Below the pieces are notes generated by a model. It did no database searches. It worked only from the letters and a program-made list of their open reading frames with translations, and was not told the DNA's origin. Position numbers and translations under genes: made by a program. 64,000 bases of DNA, from assembly GCF_028641065.1 (NCBI RefSeq), contig NC_073415.1, positions 9,796,001-9,860,000 of the forward strand. Direction: 5' to 3'. This stretch comes from Leucoraja erinacea. Its lineage: Eukaryota. Below are positions 12,901 to 25,151 of the stretch, piece by piece. The first letter of the stretch is position 1. Each line of letters begins with the position of its first letter.

Positions 12901-15900
12901 AAAATATTTAATAGGAATCTGAGGGGTAACTTTTTCACACAAAGAGTGGTAGGTGTATGGAACATATGGTGCCAGAGGAGGTAGTTGAAGCTGGGACTCT
13001 TGTAACATGGATAGGCCAGGGTTAGAGAGATGTGGGTCAAACACAGGCAGGTGGGACTAGTGTAGATGGGGCATTTTGTCAGTGTGGGCAAGTTGGGCCG
13101 AAGGGCCTGTTTCCACACAGTATTACTCTATGACTCTATGAGAATGATTGTAAGTTGAAGTGTCGTGCCTGGGACTGTTGGAGTTGGTCACTGAAAGGTC
13201 GGATTAAAACACTGCCCTATCAGATGAAAAGAGAACGAGATTGATACCTGGAAGGAAATAATTTTCAGGGCTATGGGGGGAGAGAATGGCAGTGGGACTA
13301 GCTGGATTGCTTGCACAGAGAGTTGGTATGAACACGACAGAACAAAAGGCCTTCATAGAAACATAGAAAATAGGCGCAGGAGGAGGCCATTCGGCCCTTT
13401 GAGCCAGCACCGCCATTCATTGTGATCATGGCAGATTGTCCCCTATAAATAACCCGTGCCTGCCTTCTCCCCATATCCCTTGACTCCACTAGCCCCTAGA
13501 GCTCTATCTAACTCTCTCTTAAATCTCTTAATTCATGTTGCAACCATTCTGTGATTCTAAACGTGCAGTTGCATTGATAAAAAGTCTATTTTCAGAGTCA
13601 ATAGTCAAGAGTGTTTTATTGTCTTGTGTCCCAGATAGAACAATTAAATTCTTACTTGCAGCAGCACAACAGAATATGTAAACATGCTGCACTGTAAACA
13701 AGATAATACTTGAGTGAGATTTTTTTTAAGAATACATTTGGTGTAATTCTCACCCGCCGCTCAGCACGTTCTGCTTGTGTTCTCTTCTCCTCGGCCAGCT
13801 TCTTGTACTCACTGAGGATCTTTTCCCGTTCCCGACGTTCCTTATGCATAACCTCTTCCTGCTGACGGAGCTCACCCTGGCCAACAACATTACTCAAACA
13901 CTGGTAACCGTTTCAACACAAAAAGCAGTGGCGTTATTACCACAATCACTGGGCTGTTGTTGCGCGATACATTAACAAAACTACCAGAATATGGGGTTCT
14001 GCCATTGACAAGTGGAGCTTATTGTCAAAGGCACAAGCATGGTGAGGTGTAGGTGCAATGAACGCTTGCTTGCAGCAGTATCACAGGCATATAGACACAG
14101 ATATCATAGAGAGCACACATTTTATATAAAAGATAGTGAAAAGAAAATGACTATGCAAAACAAGACACAGATGCAAACAAATGAAGAAATAGCTCAAAAT
14201 GTGGTCTGTTGTGTTCCGTTGTAGAGACAGGAATAGGGTTGTGTAGATTGGTTGAAGAAGCTGATGGTTATAGGAACGTTGCTGTTCCTGAACCTGTTGG
14301 TGTTGGACTTCAAGCTTCTGTGTCTCTCAGCTGATGGTAGCAATGAGAGGAGCAAGAAGAGATAAATGCATTTCGTTGTCTCTGTACTGTACACTGACGA
14401 TGACAATTAAAATTGAATCTGAATCTGAATCTGAGATGGTGGGGATTCTTTATGGTAGATGCTGCTTTCTTGAGGCAGCAACTCATGGAGATGCTTTTGA
14501 TGGTGGGAAGTGCTGTGCCGTGACGGACCAGAATTAGCCCACCACACTCGGCAATCTCTTGTGTTCCTGTGTATTGGAATAACTACTGTACCAGGCCATG
14601 AAGCAACCAGCCAGGATGCTCCTAGACTGTGGAACAGCATCCCTCTTGCCAGTGGCGGACTGTGTCTAAAAATATTGGTTGCCAGGAGATAAAGGGGCCC
14701 CACCCACAACTACAATGCTATCATTTAACAGGGGCCCACTTGCAAGCTGACACCCTAGCCAGTCCGCCACTGCCTCTTCCCATCAGAACTGCCCCCTCCA
14801 TCCACTCCTTTAAGTCTAGACTAAATACGTATCTGTATTCCCATGCCTTTCTTGGCGTCCTCTGAGCGAGGGCTATATGTATGTATATATGTATGTAGTT
14901 TGTTTGTTTATACTATTCTTATACAAATGTAAAGCACTTTGGCCAACGAGAGTTGTTTTTTAAATGTGCTATATAAATAAATGTAACTTGCTTGACTTGA
15001 CTTTCTGCAATGCATTAATACAAGTTTGTTATAACATTTGGTAACATGCCCAACCTCCTTAAACTTCCAAGAAAGTGGTGGCACAGCATGCATTTTTCAC
15101 GATTACAGGACAAATCATGCGAGGAGTTACCCAGCAGGTCAGACAGCATCTCTGGAGAACACGAATAGGTGATTCACACATTCCTAATCAATAAGCTTTA
15201 GAGGACTCGCCTAGTGGCAGCATGCTGTAAGGTTGCAAATGTGTTTGCTCCCTTAACTTGTAACTTCCATTTACCACTCTTTCAATGTTATTTGTGACTA
15301 TTTGACTTCAAGACACAGTCTAACTTTTCATAAAGTGTTGACACTCTTACATGCCTTAATTGTGAAAAGGATGGAGACAAGATGGAAAGGAGGGTCCCCA
15401 AGGAAGGAACAGGGGAAAGCCACTGTTTATTTGTCTGAAGAAGGGTTTCGGCCCGAAACGTCACCCATTTCCTTCGCTCCATAGATGCTGCCACACCCGC
15501 TGAGTTTCTCCAGCATATTTGTCTAACTCTTCTTAGATGCCTTGATTTGTCCTCATCTGCTCCACCTATTTTTACACCAATCGCCTCTCCCAGTCTTTGG
15601 AGCACCTTATTTCTCCATGTTCTCATGTTGGTGTAAGTCTTTGCCCACGGGACTAATTAACCGTGATAGATCTGAGGGAGAATTGATGGGAATGAGAAGA
15701 TTACAGGGAAAATCGGTGACAGCTCTTTCACCAGGCATAGACCATGGGTCATGAGGAAATATCGGATCAATAGACAATAGACAAAAGGTGTAGGAGCAGG
15801 CCATTTGGCCCTATGGGCCAGCACCGCCATTCAATGTGATCATGGCTGATCATCCCCAATCAGTACCCCATTCCTGCCTTCTCCCCATATCCCCTGACTC

Positions 15901-18900
15901 CGCTATCTTTAAGTGCCCTATCTAGCTCTCTCTTGAAAGCATCCAGAGAACCGGCCTCCACCGCCCTCTGAGGCAGAGAATTCCACAGACTCACCACCCT
16001 CTGTGAGAAAAAGTGTTTCCTCGTCTCCGTTCTAAATGGTTTACCCCTTATTCTTAAACTGTGCGTGGCCCCTGGTTCTGGACTCCCCCAACATTGGGAA
16101 CATGTTTCCAGCCTTTGGTGTATCCAAACCCTTAGCAGTCTTATATGTTTCAATGAGATTCCCTCTCATCAGTGCCCTATGCTGCTCCAAGCAAGCACAG
16201 GACTCCCGGTTTTCAATGCTGATTTATTCTGTATTGTGTGTGTGTGTTGGGCATGTTGTGACCTGTACCTTGGCTTCGTCACGAGAGAGTTGAGCCCCTG
16301 TGTTCATGACCTGCAGCTCCTTCAGCTGTTGTCGTTGTTGCAGGATCTCAGTTTCCAACGTGTCCAGTTGCTTCTGAAAGGTCACGCTCTCCTCCTAGAT
16401 CGTAAAGATGTTTCAAAACAATTAGGATATCCAGAGAGCAAGTCCTAAAGGATGGAATTACATAAGGGACACAATATCCCAGATCCGATTAAGTCACCAA
16501 TATCTCGCTAAGCGTAACCAGAAGACAGAGGTTTAAGGTGAAGGAGAAATGATTTAATAGGAATCTGAGGGGTAATTTTTTCACATAGGGTGTATGGAAC
16601 GAGCTGCCAGAGTAGGTAGTTGAGGCTGGGACTCTCCCTTTTTTTTTTTAATGAAACAAGTTAGACAGGTACATGGATAATGTAAGGAGGAACTGCAGAT
16701 GCTGGTATAACCGAAGACTGGTGTAACTCAGCGGGTCAGGCAGCATCTCTGAAGAAAAGGAATTGGTGACGTTTCGGGTCGAGACCCTTCTTCACACCAC
16801 TGTATTGTGTGCAGAGCGTCAAGACTTCTGAAGATGGGTCTCGACCTGAAACATCACCCATTCCTTCACTCCAGAGATGCTGCCTGTCCCGCTGGGTTAC
16901 TCCAGCATTTTGTGTCTGTCATCGGTGTAAACCAGCATGTTCAGTTCTACACTCTCTCTATGCTAATGGTCGCTGAGACCTTTTGCTTCATCTACCCTTT
17001 CCTTCCAAATGTCTCCGCCTTTGAAGGTACAAGGATTGTCATGGTGAATATTGTCTAGAGACATGCTGATGACCAGTACAGTCTGTATGAACAGAACAGT
17101 GCGGTTCCCGGAGGTTGCTGGAGGTTGCAGGTAGTGCAGGTAGTGGAAGCAGGTAGAGAGACTGACAAAAACCTACGGGAACCGCACGGAAACCTTGGGT
17201 GGGGTGCAAAGTCTCCAGAGGTTTCCGTTCAGGTTTCCTAAGTGGGACAGGGGCATTAGTGTATGGGGTGATCGCTGGTTGGTGCGGAGTCAATGGGCCG
17301 CAGGGCCTGTTTCCATGCTGTATCTCTAAAGTCTAAAGCATCTCCCATCCTAGGAATTTTAGCAAGGCATGAGCAAAAGTAACCACACCTGCAGATGGGC
17401 CTTAAGTCGTTGATACACCTTCATCACATGTGTGGCCTCAACACATTTCAGCTGCGTTTTCTCCAGTCGATTCTCTAGCAGCCTCAAGGTCTGAAACACA
17501 AAAGCCAATGACATACTGAATGATGACAGAGAGCAAGAGGAATGGAATGGAATGCTATTTATTGTCATTCAAACCTAGGTTTCAACAAAATTACATTTAC
17601 TAGAGTTTTTTACATTACAAATAAACCCCCCAAGACCCACACTTAACACAGTTTATATAGACATCCATCACAGTGAATCTCCAACAGCTGGTATAATTGT
17701 AAGTTGTCTTTAGTGTGTGTGGGGTAGTGTTAATGTGCGGGGATCGCTGGTCGGCACAGACTCGGTGGGACGAAGGGCCTGTTTCCGCGCTGTATCTCCG
17801 AACTAACTTGGTCTGATTTTTTCATGTGATTTTTCCTTTCTCACCTGTGCTTCCTCTGATGTGTTCTCCTCCACCTCCTGCAGGAAGGCAGCCTCCCCCT
17901 TGAGCTTAGTGTACTGTAGATCCAGATTCATCTGATGTTTCTTCTTCATTTCTGTCTCGTGTTTAAGAGCATTTAGGCGCTTAGACTTGTCACAAACCTT
18001 CTGATCCATAACTATTACGACATCCTGGCAAATGCATGAGTTATGATAAACACAGATTGTCAGAAATCAAAATGTTACATATATCAAGTCTAAGCAGAAA
18101 ATTGTAATAAATGTTGGCACGAAACAAAAGCAATCCTGCCACTTTAGAGTCTGAACCACAGTACTATTTTAATAGTAAATCTGATAAAGAAGACATGAAA
18201 TTGCTTGGTTTGTACCCTGAAAGTGGCATCACAGGTAGATAAGGTGGTAAGAAAAACATTTGGCATGCTGGCCTTCATCAGTCACAGAACTGAATATAGT
18301 TCCCTCTCCTGCAGAATACCAATATCTCACTTGTCCATCTGAGCTGGTTGGATTTCCCCCTCTCAACCCCATTCTTCTGCCTTTCTCCCATAACCTTTGA
18401 CACACTTACTAATCAAGAATGGTCAATCTCTGCTTTTACAGCGCCTCAGGTTTAGATCTGAACAGTTTCCAGCTATGATGCAGGAAACAAGATTGTTATG
18501 ATATAGGGACAGAGTGTGTAGAGTTCTTGATGTCAGAGCAGAGATTACCAGTCACTAAGTCGGGCTCACAGTTTAATTAATGTCAATTGTTACCAAACAG
18601 TTAGCCTTCCACTGCACTTGTGGAACACAGTAAACTTCAGAGTCAACGCTAAAGACTGGTCAAGATCCTTTTGGTCTCTGACCAACCTCAAATCAACATC
18701 CTCTATCCAGGACATTGGAATTAAAATCAGATCTCCACTTTTGCACCTTCAAAATGTTTGGAAACAAACTAACAGCTGTGCAATGGTCAAAGAAATCCAA
18801 TAAAGGTTTACCTTCCCACTCTTGTTTCTCAGCGCCATTTTCTCATGATGATCTTGAAATGAAACCTGGTCAAGTTTCTCATCACTCTGAAACACAAGTT

Positions 18901-21047
18901 ACAAATTCATTACATCCATTCCATCTGTCAATGTTTACACTGGCAGTGCCATTAACTTGAACAGATGCATATGGACACAGAGTTGGGTGACACAATGACA
19001 TCTGCAAGACCATGTCTATTCCAATAGTGTCTTAAATTTGCCAAAGTAACATCTTGGCTCGTTCTGAGTATTTTTTGACAGTTTCCTTACCCTACCCATG
19101 ATCTTCCAAGTGTTTTCTTTGCAAAATCAAAATGAAAATGAAATATTGTAGTCACAGATCAAGCTAAGTGGGAAAGAGCTCAGTCTCGTTAAAAATGCTT
19201 GTCCCATATTTTGTAACTTTGCTTACTTTGTAACTGTGTCAGCGCCCTTTGTGTAGCGACTATTTGCATACCTTGGGCATGCAAACAAAGAATTTCACTG
19301 TGACTTGTCACATGTGACAATAAAGTAATAATTCACTCATTCACTCATTAATTCATTCATTCACTCATTCAATCATTAATTAATTCATTAATTCAATCAC
19401 TCATTCACTTATTCATTCATTCATTCATCATTCATCATTCATTCATTCATTCATGCATTCATCATTCATTCACTCATTCACTCATTAATTAATTCATTAA
19501 TTCAATCACTCATTCACTTATTCATTCATTCATTCATTCATTCATTCATTCATTCATTCATCATTCATTCATTCATTCATGCATTCATCATTCATTCATC
19601 ATTCACTCATGCATTCATACATTCACTCACTCATTCATTCATTCATTCATCATTCAATCATACATTCATTCATTCATGCATTCATCATTCATTCATTCAT
19701 TCATTCATTCACTCATTCATATCAAGACTTCCATGTTTGAGAGACTTTCTAAGGTGTGTAGTCAACAGGTACTCCAACCTTACCAACAATGTTCCTGCCA
19801 ATACTTTATGCAGTTCTTTGTTCTCTTGTCTCAGCTGTTGAATGTTCTCCTTGTTTTTCTTGATTTTATCCTGTGATGTTTCATAATAAGCCTTGTGGTC
19901 GCCCTCTGAAAGATAGCAAAGAGTAAGGTTATTAAGGTAAGTAAGGAAGAGTTTCGGCCTGAAAACGTTGCCTATTTCCTTCGCTCCATAGATGCTGCCG
20001 CACCCGCTGAGTTTCTCCAGCACTTTTGTCTACCTTCCATTTTCCAGCATCTGCAGTTCTTTCTTGAACAAAGGTTAGGATATATCTCACATAGTCACCA
20101 TATCTCCGCTTGGATGTCTGTGCAGCTGGCATCACAACTAGCTAGCAAAGTGGAGGATGCCCACAGCCTCACTTGTGTTGCAGAAACATTCACAACTTGC
20201 AGCAAAATGTTAGCCTTCCTTTAGAAAGGAGATGAGGAGGAATTTCTTTAGTCAAAGGGTGGTGAAACTGTGGAACTCATTGCCACAGATGGCTGTGGAG
20301 GCCAAGTCAATGGATATTTTTAAGATTTAATATTGACAGATTTTTGATTAGTGCGGGTGTCAAGGTAGGAGAATGGGGTTGAGAGGGAAAGATAGATCAG
20401 CCATAATTGAACATGTTCCTGATGTTGGGGGAGTCCAGAACCTGTTTAAGAATAAGGGGTAAGCCATTTAGAAGGGAAATGAGTAACACACAGAGAGTTG
20501 TGAGTGTGGGATTCTCTGTCTCAGAGGGCAGTGGAGGCCGGTTCTCTGGATACTTTCAAGAGAGAGCTAGATAGGGCTCTTATAGATAGCGGAGTCAGGG
20601 GATATGGGGAGAAGGCAGGAACTGGGTACTGATTGGAGATGATCAGCCATGATCACATTGAATGGCGGTGCTGGCTCGAAGGGCCGAATGGCCTACTCCT
20701 GCACCTATTGTCTATTGTTTATTGTCTATAGCAGAGTAGACTTGAAGGGCCGAATGGCCTAATTCTTCTCCTATCACATGAATTTATGAGACAGAGGAGA
20801 AAGGGGGCGGGGGTAAAAGGATTAGGGACTCAGGGATGGGAGGTGAGTATATGGAGGCGGGGATTCTGCTCCTAGACACAAGGTGTACATTAAACAGGTA
20901 CCCGTTAATGCAATCAAACGCGATTTATAAACTAGTATTCCTATTATAGCAAGCACACACACACACACCCAAGAGCTGGATTTTTTTCTGCAAATCCCAG
21001 ATCTTCTCCTGTACAGAGACCCGCATCCGTGAGCTGTGTCCCGGCAT
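3948..21047 (-). CDS. ODAD3: Outer dynein arm docking complex subunit 3 (CCDC151), 13 coding exons, ~571 aa
   Basis: Exons on the minus strand: 20969-21047 (MPGHSSRMRVSVQEKIWDLQKKIQLL; in-frame stop 12 nt upstream of the ATG), 19784-19905 (EGDHKAYYETSQDKIKKNKENIQQLRQENK), 18812-18886, 17845-18024, 17389-17490 (TLRLLENRLEKTQLK), 16269-16394, 13754-13876, 11896-12039, 10775-10935 (..MKYSGETKLS), 8762-8918, 6283-6438 (or 6432), 5441-5525, 3948-4153 (acidic then basic tail). All introns are GT-AG, phases are consistent and the total is 1716 nt. The coiled-coil motifs LQKKIQLLEGD, LENRLEK and KYSGE match CCDC151. Confidence 0.93.
4248..4657. other. Assembly gap (410 N) within ODAD3 intron 12
   Basis: Run of Ns. 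Confidence 1.
6790..7090 (-). mobile_element. HE1-like tRNA-derived V-SINE
   Basis: tRNA-like head (GTGGCGCAGCGG..GGTTCCATCC), V-domain-like body and CR1-like tail GAAGGGCCTGT. Confidence 0.85.
7147..7450 (+). mobile_element. HE1-like tRNA-derived V-SINE
   Basis: A-box/B-box head GTGGCGCGG..GGTTCGATCC; tail GGGCCGAAGGGCCTGTTTCC..TCT(G)TAAAG. Confidence 0.85.
9068..9530 (+). mobile_element. CR1-clade LINE 3' fragment
   Basis: ORF2 C-terminus GLSYAERMKQLGLYTLEFRRMRGNLIETFKI plus 3'UTR. Confidence 0.9.
11340..11671. mobile_element. PIF/Harbinger-type MITE, family A
   Basis: About 40-bp TIRs (AACCCCTGTCCCACGGTACGAGTTCATTCCAAGA..) with TTA TSD. Confidence 0.85.
14618..15003 (+). mobile_element. 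L2-clade LINE 3' fragment
   Basis: With the MITE removed it reads APRLWNSIPLPIRTAPSIHSFKSRLNTYLYS (L2 ORF2 C-terminus), followed by AATAAA and a (CTTGA)n tail. Confidence 0.75.
14650..14772. mobile_element. hAT-like MITE, 123 bp, nested in an L2 fragment
   Basis: TIR CAGTGGCGGACT / AGTCCGCCACTG; 8-bp TSD CCTCTTGC / CCTCTTCC. Confidence 0.85.
15432..15530 (+). mobile_element. Penelope-like short repeat with a minimal hammerhead ribozyme motif
   Basis: CTGAAGA-A-GGG-TTTCGG-CCC-GAAAC-GTC, followed by the family body ..CTCCATAGATGCTGC..CCCGCTGAGTTTCTCCAGCA. Confidence 0.65.
16680..16950. mobile_element. Palindromic (inverted dimer) Penelope-like repeat
   Basis: The arm AGGAACTGCAGATGCTGG..CCCTTCTTCA is followed by its reverse complement. 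Similar foldbacks at ~21363-21530, 23610-23773, 27692-27865 and 63303-63478. Confidence 0.7.
19330..19720. repeat. Degenerate (ATTC)n microsatellite following a LINE 3' end
   Basis: About 390 bp of ATTC/ACTC/ATC units immediately after ..GTGACAATAAAGT. Confidence 0.95.
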
Positions 21048-21224
21048 GGTCGATCCTTAACTTTCTGGGTCCAATTTGCCTGCCCGGTCGAACCTCCCAG
21101 AGCTGCTGTGTCTGCTGAGTTTTCAGCCTCTCTGTTCGTCCGTGAATGAGGATTCTTCACGCTCCCAGTCCCGGGGTCCCACCTCCAGTCTCGAAGCTTA
21201 TCACCTCTCCTCTCAGTCTGATCT

Positions 21225-21275
21225 CTGTATCCCTTGCCAGGCAAGCAGACAACAAACGGTTGCTGTGAAACCGCA
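21225..21275 (-). promoter_or_regulatory. Candidate RFX X-box-like elements in the ODAD3 promoter
   Basis: Palindrome CTTGCCAGGCAAG and GTTGCTGTGAAAC about 190-225 bp upstream of the ATG. Motile-cilia genes are typically RFX targets, but both are imperfect matches. Confidence 0.45.
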
Positions 21276-24200
21276 GTTTCCTGTTCCCGTTCACTGAGCG
21301 GACCGATTCCAGAGTTTAGTTTTCCGGGAACTCTGAGGGTGTTTTATACACATATATATAACACGAAGATAGACACAAAATGTTGGAGTAACTCAGCGGG
21401 ACAGGCAGCAACTCTGGAGAGAAGGAATGGGTGAATTTTCGGGTCGAGACCCTTCTTCGTCACCTATTCCTTCTCTCCAGAGATACTGTCTGACCCACTG
21501 AGTTACTCCAGCTTTTTGTGCTCATCTTCGGCTTAGAAACATAGAAACATAGAAAATAGGTGCAGGAGTAGGCCATTCGGCCCTTCGAGCCTGCACCGCC
21601 ATTCAATATGATCATGGCTGATCATCCAACTCAGTATCCTGTACCAGCCTTCTCTCCATACCCCCTGATCCCCTTAGCCACAAGGGCCACATCTAACTCC
21701 CTCTTAAATATAGCCAATGAACTGGCCTCAACTACCCTCTGTGGCAGAGAGTTCCAGAGATTCACCACTCTGGGCTTAAACTAGCACCTGCAGTTCCTTC
21801 CTAACAAAAGCTCTGCCCTGCTTTGGATGTGTGTGTGTGAGAGGGAGAGAGGGGCGTGTGTTTATATACAAACATGTTGTCTTTCTTGACACAGTCATGT
21901 ACCAGAATATTAAAGGTCCCCCTCACCTCCCCTCCCCTCCCGGGTGTCTCATCCACCACATCCTCCCCCTCATACATCTTTCCTTTCACACCCCAGAGGG
22001 ATCTACTATTCCGCTAACTACCCTCTTGCTTGTAATATACTTATTAACGGTTTTAGTCTAATCATTGTCACTACCAGACAGACACCATGGGAGCACATGT
22101 GTTGTTCCTGCGCTCTGTCAGACTTCGAGAAAATGTATATTTCCCAATAGTTTGCAGGAAGGAACTGCTGACGAAGAGAGACACAAAATGCTGGAGTAAC
22201 TCAGCGGGATTCTCCACTCGACCCGAAACGTCACCCATTGCTTCTCTCCAGAGATGCTGCCTGTCCCGCTGAGTTACTCCAGCATTTTTGTGTCTCTCTC
22301 CAAAGGTCCATTGGGGGCCAGAAGGGTTCGGGGTCTTAGATTATTCTGGTGGGAAGTCTATGTAAAAAAAACACAGAAAGCTATTCCAGAAATAGTGATA
22401 GGACGTGCAACGTTTAGAACGTAAAGGGAGACTTTTACGTGTTGTGGGGGATCATACAGATCTTTGCTGTATACGCCTGCTGTACGTTGTCGGTCTGTTT
22501 GTCTTTTGGAACTGCAGGAGGCGGAAGCTGCCGCGGCTCTGCTCGGAACAGATTCATTCGACAGGCCATTTACTGATCACTGATCTGGGCTCGATGCCAC
22601 GCAAAGACAGCGTGATCCGTCCTGTGTTCTTTATAAAGGGGCAGGGAGGAGCAGAAAGGCATCACGTAAGGTTCAGTAAAGGGGGAGAAGGTGAGATCTG
22701 GGTCCTACGGCGAGGTGGGAGAAGGAGGAGGTTGGTGGGTGGCAGATGTTTTGTTTTTACACTTAAGGCAATTTGGTTTCATTTCAGGTCGCGGGAAGAC
22801 GGGTCTTGGGACTTTCTAAGGCAAAGCTGAGTTGGAGAAGCGTTAAGCCAGATTTCAGACGGAGGAAATGGAGGTGAGATCCGGGAAGGGATGTGTGTAT
22901 TGGGGAAACCCATGTGTTAACCTGAGCATAATTGTAGCTCGGGTATGAAACCTGTACATGTCCAGGTACAAATCCTGTGATCTTGCCAGATTTCCTTACA
23001 GATACGTTTTAAAATCTTCGGATAGCCTATTCTATTCTCCTTTGGTTTAAGTGTGGTCCATTATAAAAACCGGGTGACACATTCTGGCACATGTTAATGA
23101 TAGCGTGACAATCTATTTCACTCACCCTCATATTTCCATTGTTTTAATCTCAACAAAAGTGGACAGATTTCATATCTCTCTCCTTAGTTGTGCCGCAGAG
23201 ACACTTCCTGAGCACCATTGTTTCAAACGATCACTGCTTATGCCGACTAGTGTATACAGTGAGTAAATACTGTTTGCAAAATACTGGAAATATTTAGCAG
23301 GTTGAGCAGTGTCTGTGGTGAGATTTTTTTTTAAAAACATTTTTTTTTAGTTTAAATTATAATTCAAAAGTTAACGATAGATGCATTTTAAACAATGAAG
23401 CAGAAGAGATACTGGAAAAGGAGAAATAACTAGAGTAAAATGTTTGGAGCTAAACAACTATTTCCCTATTTCCTATTTCCTTCGCTCCATAGATGCTGCT
23501 GCACCCGCTGAGTTTCTCCAGCACTTTTGTCCACCTTCCATTTTCCAGCATCTGCAGTTTCTTCTTAAACAATTTGCAATACCTAGCTTCTAACTTGGTA
23601 AAATAATAAGATAGACACAAAATGCTGGAGTAACTCAGCGGGACAGGCAGCATCTGTGGAGAGAAGGAATGGGCCCATTCCTTCTCACCTGAGATGTTGC
23701 TTGTCCCACTGAGTTACTCCAGCATTTTGTGTCTACCTTCAGTTGAAACCAGCATCTGCAGTTCCTTCCTACACATTTGGTTAAATAATAAATTGTCATT
23801 GGATGGAATCTGATGCAGGTTCATTAGATTAGTACCAGGGCCTCTGGAAGATTGAGGATATAAACCTGGCCTATCCTCACATTGAGAAGACTGAGTGATG
23901 ATCTATTTAAGATGTCTGAAATGATTAGGGAAGGAACTGTAGAGGCTGGTTTATATCAGAGATAGACACAAAGTGCTCATCGGGCCAGGAAGCATCTGTG
24001 GAGAAAAGGAACAGCTGATATTTAGGGTTGGGAAGTCTGAAGAAGGGTTCCAACTCCAGAGATGCTGTCTGACCCACTGAGTTAATAGACAATAGGTGCA
24101 GGAGTAGGCCATTTGGCCCTTCGAGCCAGCACCGCCATTCAATGTGATCATGGCTGATCATCCCCAATCAGTACCCGGTTCCTGCCTTCTCCCCATATCC

Positions 24201-25151
24201 CCTGACTCCGCTATTTTGAAGAGCCCTATCTATCTCTCTCTTGAAAGCATCCAGAGAACCTGCCTCCACCGCCCTCTGAGGCAGAGATTGCCACAGACTC
24301 AGCACTTTTCCAGTTCCTCCAGCACTTGTCAAAAATGATAATGGTTTGATACAGTGGACTGAGATAAACGATTTCCTTTGGAGTGGGAAATTGGAGCAAA
24401 AATGCATTATTCTTGAAATTGAAGCTGGGTTGAAGTCAGTTTTCGAGATTGAAATCCCTGGATTTTACCAGGTAACAAACAGCATGAGGAGATTGAGAGA
24501 AAAATTAGATAAAGAAGAACAGAAAACAAAACAGACTCATGGGACTAAAGGACTACTTCCCGTTCCCAGTCCCCATAGTGCTGACCTAGTACTTCTAAAA
24601 TGAAAACTGTTGCCTTACTCAGCAGGAACAATCCATGGAAAAGCTGGCTAATCAGCAAGAGATGTGATTTAGAGTGTAAACAAAGCAAGTTAAAACCTGT
24701 TCCAGGGCAGAGTCCAAAAGCTCAGCCCTGGTTTGGATCAGATCAAATTAAGTGGTCAGAGAATTGGGTCACTCGAATCCACTTGAATAAAAATCAACCT
24801 GATAACTAGAAACGATCCTGGGTCTGAACCAATATGTTGGGGAAGGTTCAGTTCTCTAAAGCACAGCACACATCCTGTAAATTGCTGAAGATTCACATAC
24901 AGTATGTACACTCAAAGTGTGTGGGGAGGAGCTGCAGATGCTGGTTTAAACCGAAGATAGACACAGAATGCTGGAGTCACTCAGTGGGACAGGCAACATC
25001 TCTGGAGAGAAGGAATGGGTGATGTTTCAGGCTGAACTTCATCAGACTGAACTATAGCCTGGTGGGAGGGATTGACAGAAGAACCCGGCATATTAGAATT
25101 ATTACAGGGTAAATTCCACGGGGTATTAACCAAAATGTGTGTTAGTTTCAG

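Noticed and set aside
20822-21244. 140-aa ORF as the ODAD3 N-terminus
   Set aside because: Wrong frame; the conserved LQKKIQLL is in another frame starting at ATG 21047.
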